Below, piece by piece: positions 1-9,030 of a stretch of DNA of 64,000 bases. Position 1 is the stretch's first letter. Each line of letters opens with the position of its first letter. The notes beneath the pieces were generated by a model. That model was not told the origin of the DNA. It worked only from the letters and a program-made list of their open reading frames with translations, and did no database searches. The position numbers were made by a program, and so were the translations under genes. Source of the DNA: an uncultured Pseudomonadales bacterium (GTDB taxonomy: Bacteria; Patescibacteriota; Microgenomatia; UBA1400; PJMF01); the NCBI GenBank assembly GCA_964625685.1, contig CAZVBO010000003.1, positions 298 to 64,297 of the forward strand, in the 5' to 3' direction.

Positions 1-1
1 T

Positions 2-196
2 TCAGATAAACAGGATTTACCTACTCTCCCCACAGCCATAGTTTACTCAATGTCAGAAGCCGTCCAGCTGGCTCGCCAATTAGCGACACAGAATGACGTT
101 GTCTTATTAAGTCCAGCTGCGGCCAGTTTTAATCTTTTTAAAGACTATGCTGATCGGGGAAATCAATTTAAAAGTGATGTAACCAAACTTTCTTAA
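2..196 (+). CDS. murD: UDP-N-acetylmuramoylalanine--D-glutamate ligase MurD, C-terminal end (partial, runs off the window start)
   Basis: Translated frame gives ...VVLLSPAAASFNLFKDYADRGNQFKSDVTKLS*, which matches the conserved MurD C-terminus (LLSPACASxDQFKNFExRG). Stop TAA at 194-196. Confidence 0.65.
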   Translation, partial: SDKQDLPTLPTAIVYSMSEAVQLARQLATQNDVVLLSPAAASFNLFKDYADRGNQFKSDVTKLS

Positions 197-255
197 TAAG
201 TAGTAGCTTTTCATAAGTATTTATTACTTATTGGGAAGTATGTTACACTGGCTGT

Positions 256-636
256 GTGAAATCAAAAAGCTCACTTTCCCAAACTCCCGTTACCCTGACT
301 GATCTCCAAGAGATGTCAAAAATGGTCATTACTACCGTTGAAACCATTTTAGAAGAAAAATTTTTGCAAAACGATCAAAAATTAGGACAAGTTAATCAGA
401 GGTTGAAGCAAATTGATCACAGGTTTGAACAAGTTGATCACAGGTTTGAACAAATTGATCAGAAATTCGAACAACTTCTCAGTAATGACCTTAAAATCAT
501 AGAAGAACTCAAGGCAATTCGGGAAGAAACAACTATCACCAATCACCAAAACCATCGCTACTCTGACCAACTAGAAAACCATGAAGATCGGATTCAACTG
601 TTGGAAAAAGCTCTGCCTATTTTCACCAAACTTTAA
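256..636 (+). CDS. hypothetical coiled-coil protein with tandem heptapeptide repeats (IDHRFEQ x3)
   Basis: 126-aa ORF with no signal peptide. It is Q/E/K-rich, coiled-coil-like, and contains a 21-bp tandem repeat. Confidence 0.45.
   Translation: MKSKSSLSQTPVTLTDLQEMSKMVITTVETILEEKFLQNDQKLGQVNQRLKQIDHRFEQVDHRFEQIDQKFEQLLSNDLKIIEELKAIREETTITNHQNHRYSDQLENHEDRIQLLEKALPIFTKL
412..474 (+). repeat. 21-bp tandem repeat x3 inside the CDS (attgatcacaggtttgaacaa, gttgatcacaggtttgaacaa, attgatcagaaattcgaacaa)
   Basis: Direct reading of the sequence. It encodes IDHRFEQ, VDHRFEQ and IDQKFEQ. Confidence 0.85.
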
Positions 637-638
637 AA

Positions 639-1577
639 TTACTCTACTAACTGAGCCGTAATCACCCCACGGCGTAAATAGGTTCCTTCAGGAGTACAAG
701 TAACTAGCTTCAATAACTTAGCATCATGTCGTTGAGCTAGAATATAGGTATCTTCAGGTTTTACTTCAGTTTTTTCCAGAACTCGATAAGTGTATTCAAC
801 ATTCTCAAAGGTGAGATAAATTTCATCACCTTTTTGGAGCGTCATAATTGTACTAAAGATAGAGTTGTATCGATTGGGATTTTTAGGGCTGGGATTATAG
901 AATTGGCGCAAGACAGAATGTCCAAAGATGACCGGAGCTCCAAGATCACCCGGGTCAGCAGTTCCTGGATATTGAATCAGGCTTTTATTTAAATTTGTAC
1001 CCCCAATGGTGACCAACGCATTTTCAATTTTTAGTTTGGGAATTCGCAACATATACGTATGAACTGAGCCTTCGTCCAGCATCGGTACCGGATCTTCAAA
1101 CCAGTTGGACAAATTGGTGTAATCCAGTTTCACATCTAGAATGGTAGGTGATGTTTTTTCGGCTGACCCTTCTGAATCAGTTGATGTTGTTTGCGCAATC
1201 ACTTGGGGCACTACATCCAATACTTCTTCTCTCGGAATCGGAGTATCCAATTGAGCTTGCCAACTGAAAGAACTTTGAGCCATCTGCCACACGATGGGAC
1301 CAGCCGCACTCCCCACTAAAGCAATTCCTATTCCAATAAAACTCATGGGAATTAACCAAGAAAAAACTCGAACCATCAATGGCAGTTGTTTGCGCAATTT
1401 TTGAGTACGAACAGAATCAACCTGTTCTTGAACTACGGTGGAGATCTCAGCTCGCTGACTCAGCTTTCTCACTTTTTGATCAATTTTATCAAGTGGAATA
1501 CGTTCTGCCACTGCCTGGCGATAAATTTTCACCAGTTCTGACTTGGGAATCTGGTAGTTCACTTGTGGTTCACTCAT
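639..1577 (-). CDS. sortase family transpeptidase (class E/A-like) with N-terminal TM anchor
   Basis: C-terminal KLLKLVTCTP contains the TLxTC sortase active-site motif. VIFGHSV is a catalytic His region, and a hydrophobic N-terminal helix is present. Confidence 0.7.
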   Translation of the reverse strand: MSEPQVNYQIPKSELVKIYRQAVAERIPLDKIDQKVRKLSQRAEISTVVQEQVDSVRTQKLRKQLPLMVRVFSWLIPMSFIGIGIALVGSAAGPIVWQMAQSSFSWQAQLDTPIPREEVLDVVPQVIAQTTSTDSEGSAEKTSPTILDVKLDYTNLSNWFEDPVPMLDEGSVHTYMLRIPKLKIENALVTIGGTNLNKSLIQYPGTADPGDLGAPVIFGHSVLRQFYNPSPKNPNRYNSIFSTIMTLQKGDEIYLTFENVEYTYRVLEKTEVKPEDTYILAQRHDAKLLKLVTCTPEGTYLRRGVITAQLVE

Positions 1578-3861
1578 CTTGAACTCGAATGGTTACTTTA
1601 TCCCCATTTTTGGGAATGGTGTGAACAAATTTAGCCAAGAGAGGTGGCTGAATTTCAATCGCAAAGGCTTTCAGTTGATCATTTGATTTAAGACTACTTT
1701 CAGCCTCTTCAATTGACTTACCCAATAATTCAGTTTTCAGTTGATCTAGATTGAGATTGGGCACCGCTTTGGTACTAATATCAGCATTTAAAGTCACGGT
1801 TGCCGCCGCGCTGGCGGACTCATCAGTGGAAGATAAAATTTGAGGATCTGCCTCTGACAGAGAATAATTTTCGGGAACTTGAGATGACAATAGCTCCCGG
1901 GCGAGTGGTTTGAGATCCGCTGACGAATACGCCACAGCCTCAACCTTAAGAGTCATTTGTAAAGTAACCGTATTTACTTCCTCTCCCTCCTCTGCCGAAT
2001 ATTCGGCAGTCTGGATGTTACTTGATCCGGTGGGCACATAATAGGTTCCATTTTTAGACTCATCACTGTATTCTTGAGACGCCTGAGCCAGCAACTCAGA
2101 TCGCAAATCGGCTTTTAAAGTTGACAAATCTTCGGCTGAAACCACTCTAACTTCACGGCTGCTGCCACCACTAAAATCTTCTGTCGCAACAGCTTGATAA
2201 GTGTTCGTCGCAAAACTTGCTACTTGGAATTCTTCACCTTCTGTCAAGTTACTTTCGGCCCCAATTTGATCAGCCGTCACTGCTACTTCAGTCTTTCCAT
2301 ATTTTTTGGTTTCACCATCACTGTTTTCTTCAGTAGTAGCCGCCGGGACGGTTACTTCTTCATTTAAAACAAATACCAATTCACCAGTTTTAAGTTGAGT
2401 TCCTTGAGCGAAAGTTTTTTCTGAATCCGTCTTGTTACTCATTTCCACTTTACCTTGAGCTTTGTCACCGATCAATTTCACTCCAGTGGTATCAATAGTT
2501 TTATTACCACTGACTTCTTTCTGTTGCACTTGAGCAGGCAAAATCAAATTTGCTGCATCAGGAGCGGTGGCTTCTGGATCGATGGTAATTTTAGCTGTCT
2601 GGTTCACTGTTTTCGTATTGAGTTTCACCGTAATTTCAGCTTGAGCAGCTACATTACTAAACAGGAAGAAAATTCCTAATAACAGTACCACCCCTCCACC
2701 CACACCGGCTATGATAAATGGCTTTCGATTCCGAGGTTTATCATCAGCCATCGCTTTCTGCCACCATTTTTTCAGCTGAGTCACCAAAGTTGTTTTCGGT
2801 GTTGCTACCTTAGAGGGAATCATTTCAGCTGGTGATTCTGCATTTTCTTCAGCCACTGCTTCTTTTTTAGTGGAAGATGGTTTGATCGGAACCCCAAAGC
2901 TGGTAGGGGTTGTCACTTGACCCAAATTATCTGAGAAAGTAGTTCCATTTTCTAAATCAACCGCTAAATCATGTGGTGATGATGGAGTTATTTCTTCTTT
3001 GACGGCGGCAAAACCAAGATCAGCCGCTGCTGTTTCGGTAATGGTTGTTGGTGTTTCGGCTGGCGCTACCACGGGTTTGGTTAAAGCTGGACTGGTTGGC
3101 TGGAGAGTCATTCCCGCAGCTTGAGCTACGGCAGTTCCTCCCTGGATAGCCACTGCTGTCACCACCAATCGAGCTGGACCGATTTCAATCACGGGTGGTT
3201 GCAAAAAGGGATGTTCACTCTTCCAATCAAAATCTAGTAAACTACTTTTTTGATCTTGTAAATATTCCTGATCAAACTCACTCCCGACCAAAATCATTTT
3301 AGGTGGCAAATAATCAGATCCTAAGGCCTGTTCACTTCGAGCTAGAGCCTCTCGTAAGTCTGCCACACTATCACCTGATCGACCTACCTTTTGGTAACTC
3401 AGAGTTTGACCTCGTTGAATCAAGTTCATGGTCAAAAATTGATCTGATAACTGGACCACAATTACCGAAAGTAATGGCTCACTCATAGCTAAATACTGCG
3501 CCATAGCTTCAGTAGAAATGACAAAGCCAACCGGTTTTAAAGAAAGTTCTTGAGTGAGTTTTTTAATAAAAGGTTTCTTGCCAGGAGTAATATCACCCTC
3601 GGACACCCAATCAGGTTCAAATCCGAATACCACTTCTTCCACCCCCTCTGACTCTTTTCCCAATTCTTGGAGACTTTCATCAGTTTGAGTTAAAGCCTCA
3701 GCTTCTCCCTGATAAGTAAAAGTGGCCGAAGTGCGAAGAATCTGAATTTTACCTTGCTCTACCTTCCACAATGCTGACTGAATCTGAACATCATCAATAT
3801 AAATCGCTAAGTAGAGTTTGGCTTCATCTGGTGGAGCTTCAAACAAATTGGGCAATGGCAT
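1570..3861 (-). CDS. large hypothetical membrane protein: N-terminal cytoplasmic actin-like/PilM-like domain, one TM helix, Ser/Thr/Glu-rich extracellular region
   Basis: 763-aa ORF. TM segment FIIAGVGGGVVLLLGIFFLF sits after about 350 aa. Composition is low-complexity T/S/E-rich, and the gene overlaps the sortase gene by 8 nt. Confidence 0.55.
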   Translation of the reverse strand: MPLPNLFEAPPDEAKLYLAIYIDDVQIQSALWKVEQGKIQILRTSATFTYQGEAEALTQTDESLQELGKESEGVEEVVFGFEPDWVSEGDITPGKKPFIKKLTQELSLKPVGFVISTEAMAQYLAMSEPLLSVIVVQLSDQFLTMNLIQRGQTLSYQKVGRSGDSVADLREALARSEQALGSDYLPPKMILVGSEFDQEYLQDQKSSLLDFDWKSEHPFLQPPVIEIGPARLVVTAVAIQGGTAVAQAAGMTLQPTSPALTKPVVAPAETPTTITETAAADLGFAAVKEEITPSSPHDLAVDLENGTTFSDNLGQVTTPTSFGVPIKPSSTKKEAVAEENAESPAEMIPSKVATPKTTLVTQLKKWWQKAMADDKPRNRKPFIIAGVGGGVVLLLGIFFLFSNVAAQAEITVKLNTKTVNQTAKITIDPEATAPDAANLILPAQVQQKEVSGNKTIDTTGVKLIGDKAQGKVEMSNKTDSEKTFAQGTQLKTGELVFVLNEEVTVPAATTEENSDGETKKYGKTEVAVTADQIGAESNLTEGEEFQVASFATNTYQAVATEDFSGGSSREVRVVSAEDLSTLKADLRSELLAQASQEYSDESKNGTYYVPTGSSNIQTAEYSAEEGEEVNTVTLQMTLKVEAVAYSSADLKPLARELLSSQVPENYSLSEADPQILSSTDESASAAATVTLNADISTKAVPNLNLDQLKTELLGKSIEEAESSLKSNDQLKAFAIEIQPPLLAKFVHTIPKNGDKVTIRVQDE

Positions 3862-4111
3862 ATCTGTCCCAGTATAATGAATTTTTGAGAAAATTTGAAT
3901 CAGGAATCAGGAAAATGCAAAACTGTAAACCAGTAGCCCTCCTCCTTTGCTAAAGAGCAACGGAAAAACAAATAGAGCTAGTAAATGAGTAAAGAACACA
4001 AAATAAGATTAATGACCAAAGAGCAAGAAGAAGTAAAGAGAGACAGAGTTAGAGAGACAAAGATGAACCTTACAAGTGACTAGTTACTAGTGACCAGTGA
4101 CAAGTCATAAA

Positions 4112-4163
4112 AAAATTGGATCTTGAACTTTGGAACTTGATTTTTGTTTGAAATTTGGTTTTT
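4112..4163. repeat. TTTGG/TTTGA-rich intergenic element (copy of a dispersed family; see 6841-7047 and 18507-18573)
   Basis: gatcttgaactttggaacttgatttttgtttgaaatttggtttttg, immediately followed by the 18-bp palindrome. Confidence 0.5.
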
Positions 4164-4164
4164 G

Positions 4165-4182
4165 CCTGCCTGCGCAGGCAGG
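4165..4182. repeat. perfect 18-bp palindrome CCTGCCTGCGCAGGCAGG (intergenic copy)
   Basis: Exact reverse-complement symmetry. An identical 18-mer lies at 24814-24831 inside pflB. Confidence 0.85.
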
Positions 4183-4228
4183 GAGTTTGGAATTTAATTA
4201 TCAACCATTAATCAATAAACAATAATTA

Positions 4229-6142
4229 CTAAATTAATTCCACATAGATTCGTCGCACTCCAGCACTGGCTGACTTCTCTTTGGTAATTTTAACAGGACC
4301 AATTTCACCAGTATGAGTGACATGCGGTCCTCCACAAAATTCTTTCGAAATCCAACCTTCAAGTTCATGAGCCGGACCACCTACTTTTTTGCCAATCGTG
4401 TACACCGAAACTTCGTCAGGATATTTCTCAATAAAGAAAGCAATGGCCCCTGATTGTAATGCTTCGGTTTTTGGTAAAATTTGTTTTGTGACTGGCAAAT
4501 CAGCCTCAATCCAATCATTAATTTGCTGTTCTACTTGCTGTTTTTCAGCTTCCGTTAAAGCTCGGTCGAAACTAAAATCAAACCGTAATCTCTCCCCGGT
4601 GATATTGGAACCTTTTTGTTGAACCGTTTCACCCAATATTTGACGGAGTGCAGCATGCAGTAAATGAGTCGCAGTATGAAATTTGACCACCGTTTCACTC
4701 TGATCGGCTAACCCACCTTTAAACATGCCCGCCGAAGCCGTCCGAGATTGATCCGCATGTCCTTGCTTTAATTGATTAAACTTCTCTTCAAGATTTTTTT
4801 CCAAAATCATTTCTCGTTGAGTGGCTTCTTCAATGGATAACTCCACTGGAAAACCATAAGTTTCGTAGAGAGTAAAGGCTTGCTGAGCAGTGAACGTTGA
4901 AATTCCTGAAGTCAGTTTTTCAAATTCTTTTAAGCCGGTGCTTAAAGTTTTTAAAAATTTTTGTTCTTCTGCTTGCAATCCTTGTTGAATTTTGGCTAAT
5001 TTTTGGTCAACTTGAGGATAGGGTTCCCGGTAGATCTCGGCTACAACTTGAACCAAGTCTGCCACAAATGGTTTTTCAATTCCCAACTTGCGACCGTGGC
5101 GCACCGCTCGACGAATTAAGCGACGAGAAAAATAGCTTTGTTGTTTAGAACCAGGAAAAACTCCATCACTGGCCAACATCGTAGCTGCTTTGATATGATC
5201 AGCAATTACTCGAAAGCTGGCTAAAGTTGCAGCTTCACCATATTTTTGACCTGATAATTCCTCTAAATGATGAATTAAGGGTAAAAATAAATCTGTGGTA
5301 AAGACATCAGAATTTTGATGAACCGCAGCCAGTAATCGTTCCAATCCTCCTCCAAAATCGATATTCTTCTTAGGTAACTCCTCAAAACCATGCTCGGTTC
5401 GCTGATACTGCATAAATACCGAATTGCCAATTTCTAAAAATCGGCCACAGTCACAATTGACGTGACATGGCTGATCTTGATAGATAGAATTTTGATGAAT
5501 ATGATGTCTCCCATCAGGATCAAAATCAAAAAAAACCTCACTATCAGGACCACCTGGTTCTCCTACTGGCATATTTTTAGGTTCACCTGATCGTGACCAC
5601 CAATTTTTAGTATCACCATAGTAAAAAATTCGGCCATTATCTAAACCGGTCTGTGCAGCATCCTCAATGACAGCAGCAGTTACACCGGATTGAGCAAACA
5701 TTTTCTGCCAAACAGCCACCGCTTCTATATCTCGAGGAACCCCAATAGTTTTATTGCCTCCATACACCGAGATATACAGTCGATGAGGGTCAAGACCGAG
5801 TTCGGTGACTAAAAAGGTGAACAACCACTCAATTTGTTCCGTTTTAAAATAATCTCCTAAAGACCAGTTTCCCAACATTTCAAAAAAAGTAGTATGCCGA
5901 TTATCACCCACTTCCTCGATATCTTGAGATCGAAATGATTTTTGAGAGTCTACCAATCGAGTTCCTTTGGGATGGAGTTGTCCTAATAAATAAGGCACCA
6001 ACGGTTGCATACCCGCACTCGTAAATAGAGTTGTAGGATCATTTTCTGGAACGAGTGGTGAAGACGGAATTTCAACGTGACCTCGAGCGATGAAAAAATC
6101 AAGATAGCGACGACGAAGTTGATTGGCGGTAAGCTGACTCAT
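4229..6142 (-). CDS. alaS: alanine--tRNA ligase (short form, 637 aa, lacking the C-terminal C-Ala domain)
   Basis: Class II AlaRS motifs FFEMLGNWSLGDYFK. Editing-domain HxxxH (HTATHLLHAALRQILG) and CGGPH motifs are present. Confidence 0.9.
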   Translation of the reverse strand: MSQLTANQLRRRYLDFFIARGHVEIPSSPLVPENDPTTLFTSAGMQPLVPYLLGQLHPKGTRLVDSQKSFRSQDIEEVGDNRHTTFFEMLGNWSLGDYFKTEQIEWLFTFLVTELGLDPHRLYISVYGGNKTIGVPRDIEAVAVWQKMFAQSGVTAAVIEDAAQTGLDNGRIFYYGDTKNWWSRSGEPKNMPVGEPGGPDSEVFFDFDPDGRHHIHQNSIYQDQPCHVNCDCGRFLEIGNSVFMQYQRTEHGFEELPKKNIDFGGGLERLLAAVHQNSDVFTTDLFLPLIHHLEELSGQKYGEAATLASFRVIADHIKAATMLASDGVFPGSKQQSYFSRRLIRRAVRHGRKLGIEKPFVADLVQVVAEIYREPYPQVDQKLAKIQQGLQAEEQKFLKTLSTGLKEFEKLTSGISTFTAQQAFTLYETYGFPVELSIEEATQREMILEKNLEEKFNQLKQGHADQSRTASAGMFKGGLADQSETVVKFHTATHLLHAALRQILGETVQQKGSNITGERLRFDFSFDRALTEAEKQQVEQQINDWIEADLPVTKQILPKTEALQSGAIAFFIEKYPDEVSVYTIGKKVGGPAHELEGWISKEFCGGPHVTHTGEIGPVKITKEKSASAGVRRIYVELI

Positions 6143-6184
6143 GACAGAAATTATACTGGCTCAACTTTGAAAAATCCAACTCGA

Positions 6185-6514
6185 TTACACCCCTTTAAAT
6201 TTCTTGGACTTGGGGGTGGATTTTGACTTTGAGTCTGATTTTTTGGGAGATGATTTTGGCGTCTGCGTGGCCTCACTATCAGTAGTTAAATCTTGAACAA
6301 AGTTAACCACAGCCTGACGAAGAGATATCTTTCCCTCAGATGGGGATCCTTCAGTGAGTGGGGTTAGATGTTGATCCCATTCTTCAGCCAATTGGTGACG
6401 AACTTTTTTACCTTGATCTGTTCCAAATAAGAAATATCCAGCCGCTCCTGCAATTAATCCCCAGGTAAAACCAACTAAAAAAGAATTTGACTGATCCTCG
6501 TAAGCATTGGACAT
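6185..6514 (-). CDS. YtxH-like membrane protein (DUF3918-type)
   Basis: N-terminal GFTWGLIAGAAGYFLFGTDQGKK resembles the YtxH motif. Lys/Ser-rich tail, and pairs with the upstream DUF948-like gene as ytxG/ytxH do in Firmicutes. Confidence 0.45.
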   Translation of the reverse strand: MSNAYEDQSNSFLVGFTWGLIAGAAGYFLFGTDQGKKVRHQLAEEWDQHLTPLTEGSPSEGKISLRQAVVNFVQDLTTDSEATQTPKSSPKKSDSKSKSTPKSKKFKGV

Positions 6515-6519
6515 ACTAT

Positions 6520-6789
6520 TTACCGTTTATTTTTGTCTCGATCTAACCAACTAATAAAGGACTCAAAAATACGAAAACCCGTTTTTAAACTGGCAGTGGC
6601 ATTCCCCAAACTCTGAAATGGACTGACAATTTTATTGATTTTGGCTTCAGCCAAATCAACGGTAGTGTTGATCTTGGTTAGGGTCCGACGGACTTCATTC
6701 AAGACGAGAATAACTTGAACCCCTACTATGGTTAAAACGGTGGCTAAAATAACGAGTACGGTGGTTAGAACAACTTGCATGACATCCAT
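6520..6789 (-). CDS. DUF948-like small membrane/coiled-coil protein
   Basis: 89 aa with an N-terminal TM helix and a coiled-coil. The 4 nt gap to the downstream YtxH-like gene suggests an operon. Confidence 0.45.
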   Translation of the reverse strand: MDVMQVVLTTVLVILATVLTIVGVQVILVLNEVRRTLTKINTTVDLAEAKINKIVSPFQSLGNATASLKTGFRIFESFISWLDRDKNKR

Positions 6790-6840
6790 AGTTACTATCC
6801 TTTACGGTACTTTTCAGTATCTTTTCATTGTACTTTTTTC

Positions 6841-7047
6841 AGTAAAGAAAAGGAAGATTGAAATAATTAAATTTCCAAACTCCAAAATCCAATTAACCAA
6901 ACAGATTCCAAAGTTCAGATGTCAAACTCTTACCTAAAGTTTTAAAAATTGGTTACTGATTTTTGATTTTTGTCTGAATTCTGACTTTTGAAATTTGGAA
7001 ATTTGATTTTGTTTGGACTTTGGATTTTGGAAATTGGTTTTTAATAA
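6841..7047. repeat. long imperfect inverted repeat: CCAAA-rich left half, TTTGG-rich right half (MITE-like or curved-DNA element)
   Basis: Left half ttccaaactccaaaatccaattaaccaaacagattccaaag; right half gatttttgatttttgtctg...tttggactttggattttggaaattggtttt. Located between the DUF948 and rodZ-like genes. Confidence 0.5.
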
Positions 7048-7692
7048 CTAGTACTTCACTCTAACCGTGCGTTGTACCGTATTACTCTTTCCCCGCCGAT
7101 CGGTCGCTTTAATGGTAATGGTATTAATTCCTTCTCGTGATAAAAAGACCTCGGTCTTAAAACTGCCATCAACTTGCAATGCCACTGGTTGGGCATTCAC
7201 ACTCACCACCGCATCCGGCAAAGTTTTCCCCTCTACAATTACTTGAGCCGCTACTTCAGCGTTTTCACTAGGAACAGTCACTTCCAGGGAAGGCGGTTTC
7301 TGTAAGTTGTACCAACCAACTCCCACATAGACGACAAAAGATAGAAAAAGTGCCGCTAAAACCAAAATAGCGGTGGTAATAGGAGTCCAAAATGTCTTCC
7401 GTTTCAGAACTGGTTTTAAAAATTCTCGAGGCACTAGTTGTCCCCGAGCACTTTCTTTAAAGTCCCGTCTCAATAAAGCTAGTAAAGGTTTATAGTCAAA
7501 ACCAAAAACTTGCCCATACGTTCTGATGTAACCTTTGACAAAAGTAGCTGCCGGCAGCTTTTCAAACTCATTATTTTCCAATAACACCAAATACTCTTTT
7601 CGAATTCGAGTTCTCTTAGCTAAATCATCGATTGAAAAACGGTGAAACTCTCGTTCTTCTTGTAAAATTTCACCAATGGTTCTTGTTTTCAT
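7048..7692 (-). CDS. rodZ: RodZ-like cytoskeleton protein (XRE-type HTH plus TM plus C-terminal domain)
   Basis: N-terminal IGEILQEEREFHRFSIDDLAKRTRIRKEYLVLLENNEF is the RodZ/HTH_25 signature. A TM helix follows. Confidence 0.6.
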   Translation of the reverse strand: MKTRTIGEILQEEREFHRFSIDDLAKRTRIRKEYLVLLENNEFEKLPAATFVKGYIRTYGQVFGFDYKPLLALLRRDFKESARGQLVPREFLKPVLKRKTFWTPITTAILVLAALFLSFVVYVGVGWYNLQKPPSLEVTVPSENAEVAAQVIVEGKTLPDAVVSVNAQPVALQVDGSFKTEVFLSREGINTITIKATDRRGKSNTVQRTVRVKY

Positions 7693-7762
7693 GTAGCCTA
7701 AAAATTACTTCTTTTCAAGTACAGTGATCATACCGCACTGACTCAGTCGAATCATGAGGAAT

Positions 7763-8194
7763 TTAGGCTAAATGTTGTTTTACCATAGCAGCGACTCGGG
7801 CACCATCGGCTTGACCTTGAACTTTAGCCATAACTGCAGAAATTAACTTGCCCATGTTTTGTTCCTCACTCTCACTCACTACTTGAGTAACAATTGCATC
7901 TAATTCATCATCACTCAACTGAGCGGGTAAATAGGATTCTAGAACTTGAATCTTGGCTGCTTCTTCATCAACTAAATCCTGACGTCCACCTTTAGCGAAT
8001 TCTGCCTGAGCGTCTTTAGCTTGTTTAACTTGGGTGGCAATAATTTTTTGGACGCCTTGATCGTCTTGCTCTCCATGATCGATTTCATAGTTTTTAATCT
8101 CAGCTCGCAAAAATCGAATTACATTCAATTTGACCATGTCTTTCGCTTTCATGGCATTCTTCATATCTTCCATTAATTGTTGTTGTAGTGTCAT
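7763..8194 (-). CDS. yqeY: GatB/YqeY domain protein
   Basis: MTLQQQLMEDMKNAMKAKDxxKLxxIRxLxAEIKN is the YqeY signature. Internal ATG at 8192-8194 is preferred because it is preceded by AAGGAG; the ORF track extends to 8284. Confidence 0.75.
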   Translation of the reverse strand: MTLQQQLMEDMKNAMKAKDMVKLNVIRFLRAEIKNYEIDHGEQDDQGVQKIIATQVKQAKDAQAEFAKGGRQDLVDEEAAKIQVLESYLPAQLSDDELDAIVTQVVSESEEQNMGKLISAVMAKVQGQADGARVAAMVKQHLA

Positions 8195-8447
8195 AAAACT
8201 CCTTTGAGGTATTTTACCATTCTTAATCGGAATGTATGCTATACTAAATTTATCGTATATATTTAGACTTGTCGCGACATACAACTCATGGCACTTTCAC
8301 ATCTCTTTTGGTAAAACAAAACTCTTCTTCTTTCTCAAGTAAGCAATGCTACTATCGTCATCAGAAGAGCTTGTTTTTCTCAAAATATATGTCAAATTAC
8401 ACATTAGTTGATCTCGCTACAAGTCCTACACTTGAAAGTGAGTTCCC

Positions 8448-9017
8448 ATGAAAACGAATCAAATCCTGCTAGCTGTGGTAGGCATAGTTGCCGTTCTTGG
8501 CATTTTTCTGGCGGGCAGTTACAACGGATTGGTAGCTAAAAATCAAGAAGTAGACAAACAATGGTCTCAGGTTGAGTCTCAATATCAACGACGATATGAT
8601 TTGATTCCAAATCTAGTGGAAGCCACCAAAGGCACCCTCAAACAAGAGCAAACAGTCTTTAACGATATTGCTCAAGCACGTCAGAACTATGCGGGAGCTC
8701 AGAGTGTGAACGAGAAAGCTGAAGCGGCTACTCAACTTGAATCTTCATTAGGCCGGTTGCTCGTCATTGTGGAAAACTATCCAGAACTTAAATCGAACGA
8801 GACTGTTCTCGCTCTCATGGATGAGTTAGCGGGCACCGAAAATCGAATTAGTGTCGAACGAATGCGCTTCAACGAATCGGTTCAGTCTTATAACACCCAA
8901 ATTAAAACTTTTCCCACAGTCCTGATTGCTGGTATATTTGGCTTCAATGAAAAATCCTACTTTGAATCAGTAAATCAAGCTGAAACTGCGCCACAAGTTG
9001 ATTTGACGACTGAGTAA
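8448..9017 (+). CDS. lemA: LemA family protein
   Basis: N-terminal TM plus WSQVESQYQRRYDLIPNLVE and the NYPELKSNE LemA motifs. Confidence 0.8.
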   Translation: MKTNQILLAVVGIVAVLGIFLAGSYNGLVAKNQEVDKQWSQVESQYQRRYDLIPNLVEATKGTLKQEQTVFNDIAQARQNYAGAQSVNEKAEAATQLESSLGRLLVIVENYPELKSNETVLALMDELAGTENRISVERMRFNESVQSYNTQIKTFPTVLIAGIFGFNEKSYFESVNQAETAPQVDLTTE

Positions 9018-9030
9018 AGAAGGATCCACT

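Noticed and set aside
382-570. Numerous 60-150 aa ORFs lying antisense or out of frame inside long genes, for example 382-570, 1177-1359, 2455-2679, 3303-3488, 4389-4622, 9983-10432, 11719-12003, 13480-13764, 14756-15004, 24182-24379, 28146-28502, 32652-32888, 49149-49454, 59487-59882, 60373-60672, 61304-61881.
   Set aside because: They are fully embedded in well-supported conserved CDSs on the other strand or frame. They have biased low-complexity composition and no domain signatures, and are typical shadow ORFs.
6841-7047. Possible CRISPR array suggested by repetitive tttgg/ccaaa units.
   Set aside because: Units are irregular in length and sequence. There are no unique spacers and no cas genes. 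The structure is an inverted low-complexity element, not repeat-spacer.
8195-8284. N-terminal extensions of several ORFs: yqeY to 8284, pflA to 23512, cobW to 20483, ABC to 42765, thermonuclease to 47274, GH13 to 48971, zupT to 36981.
   Set aside because: Internal ATGs give N-termini that match family consensus. They remove overlaps with neighbouring genes or operators, and in the yqeY case restore an AAGGAG SD.
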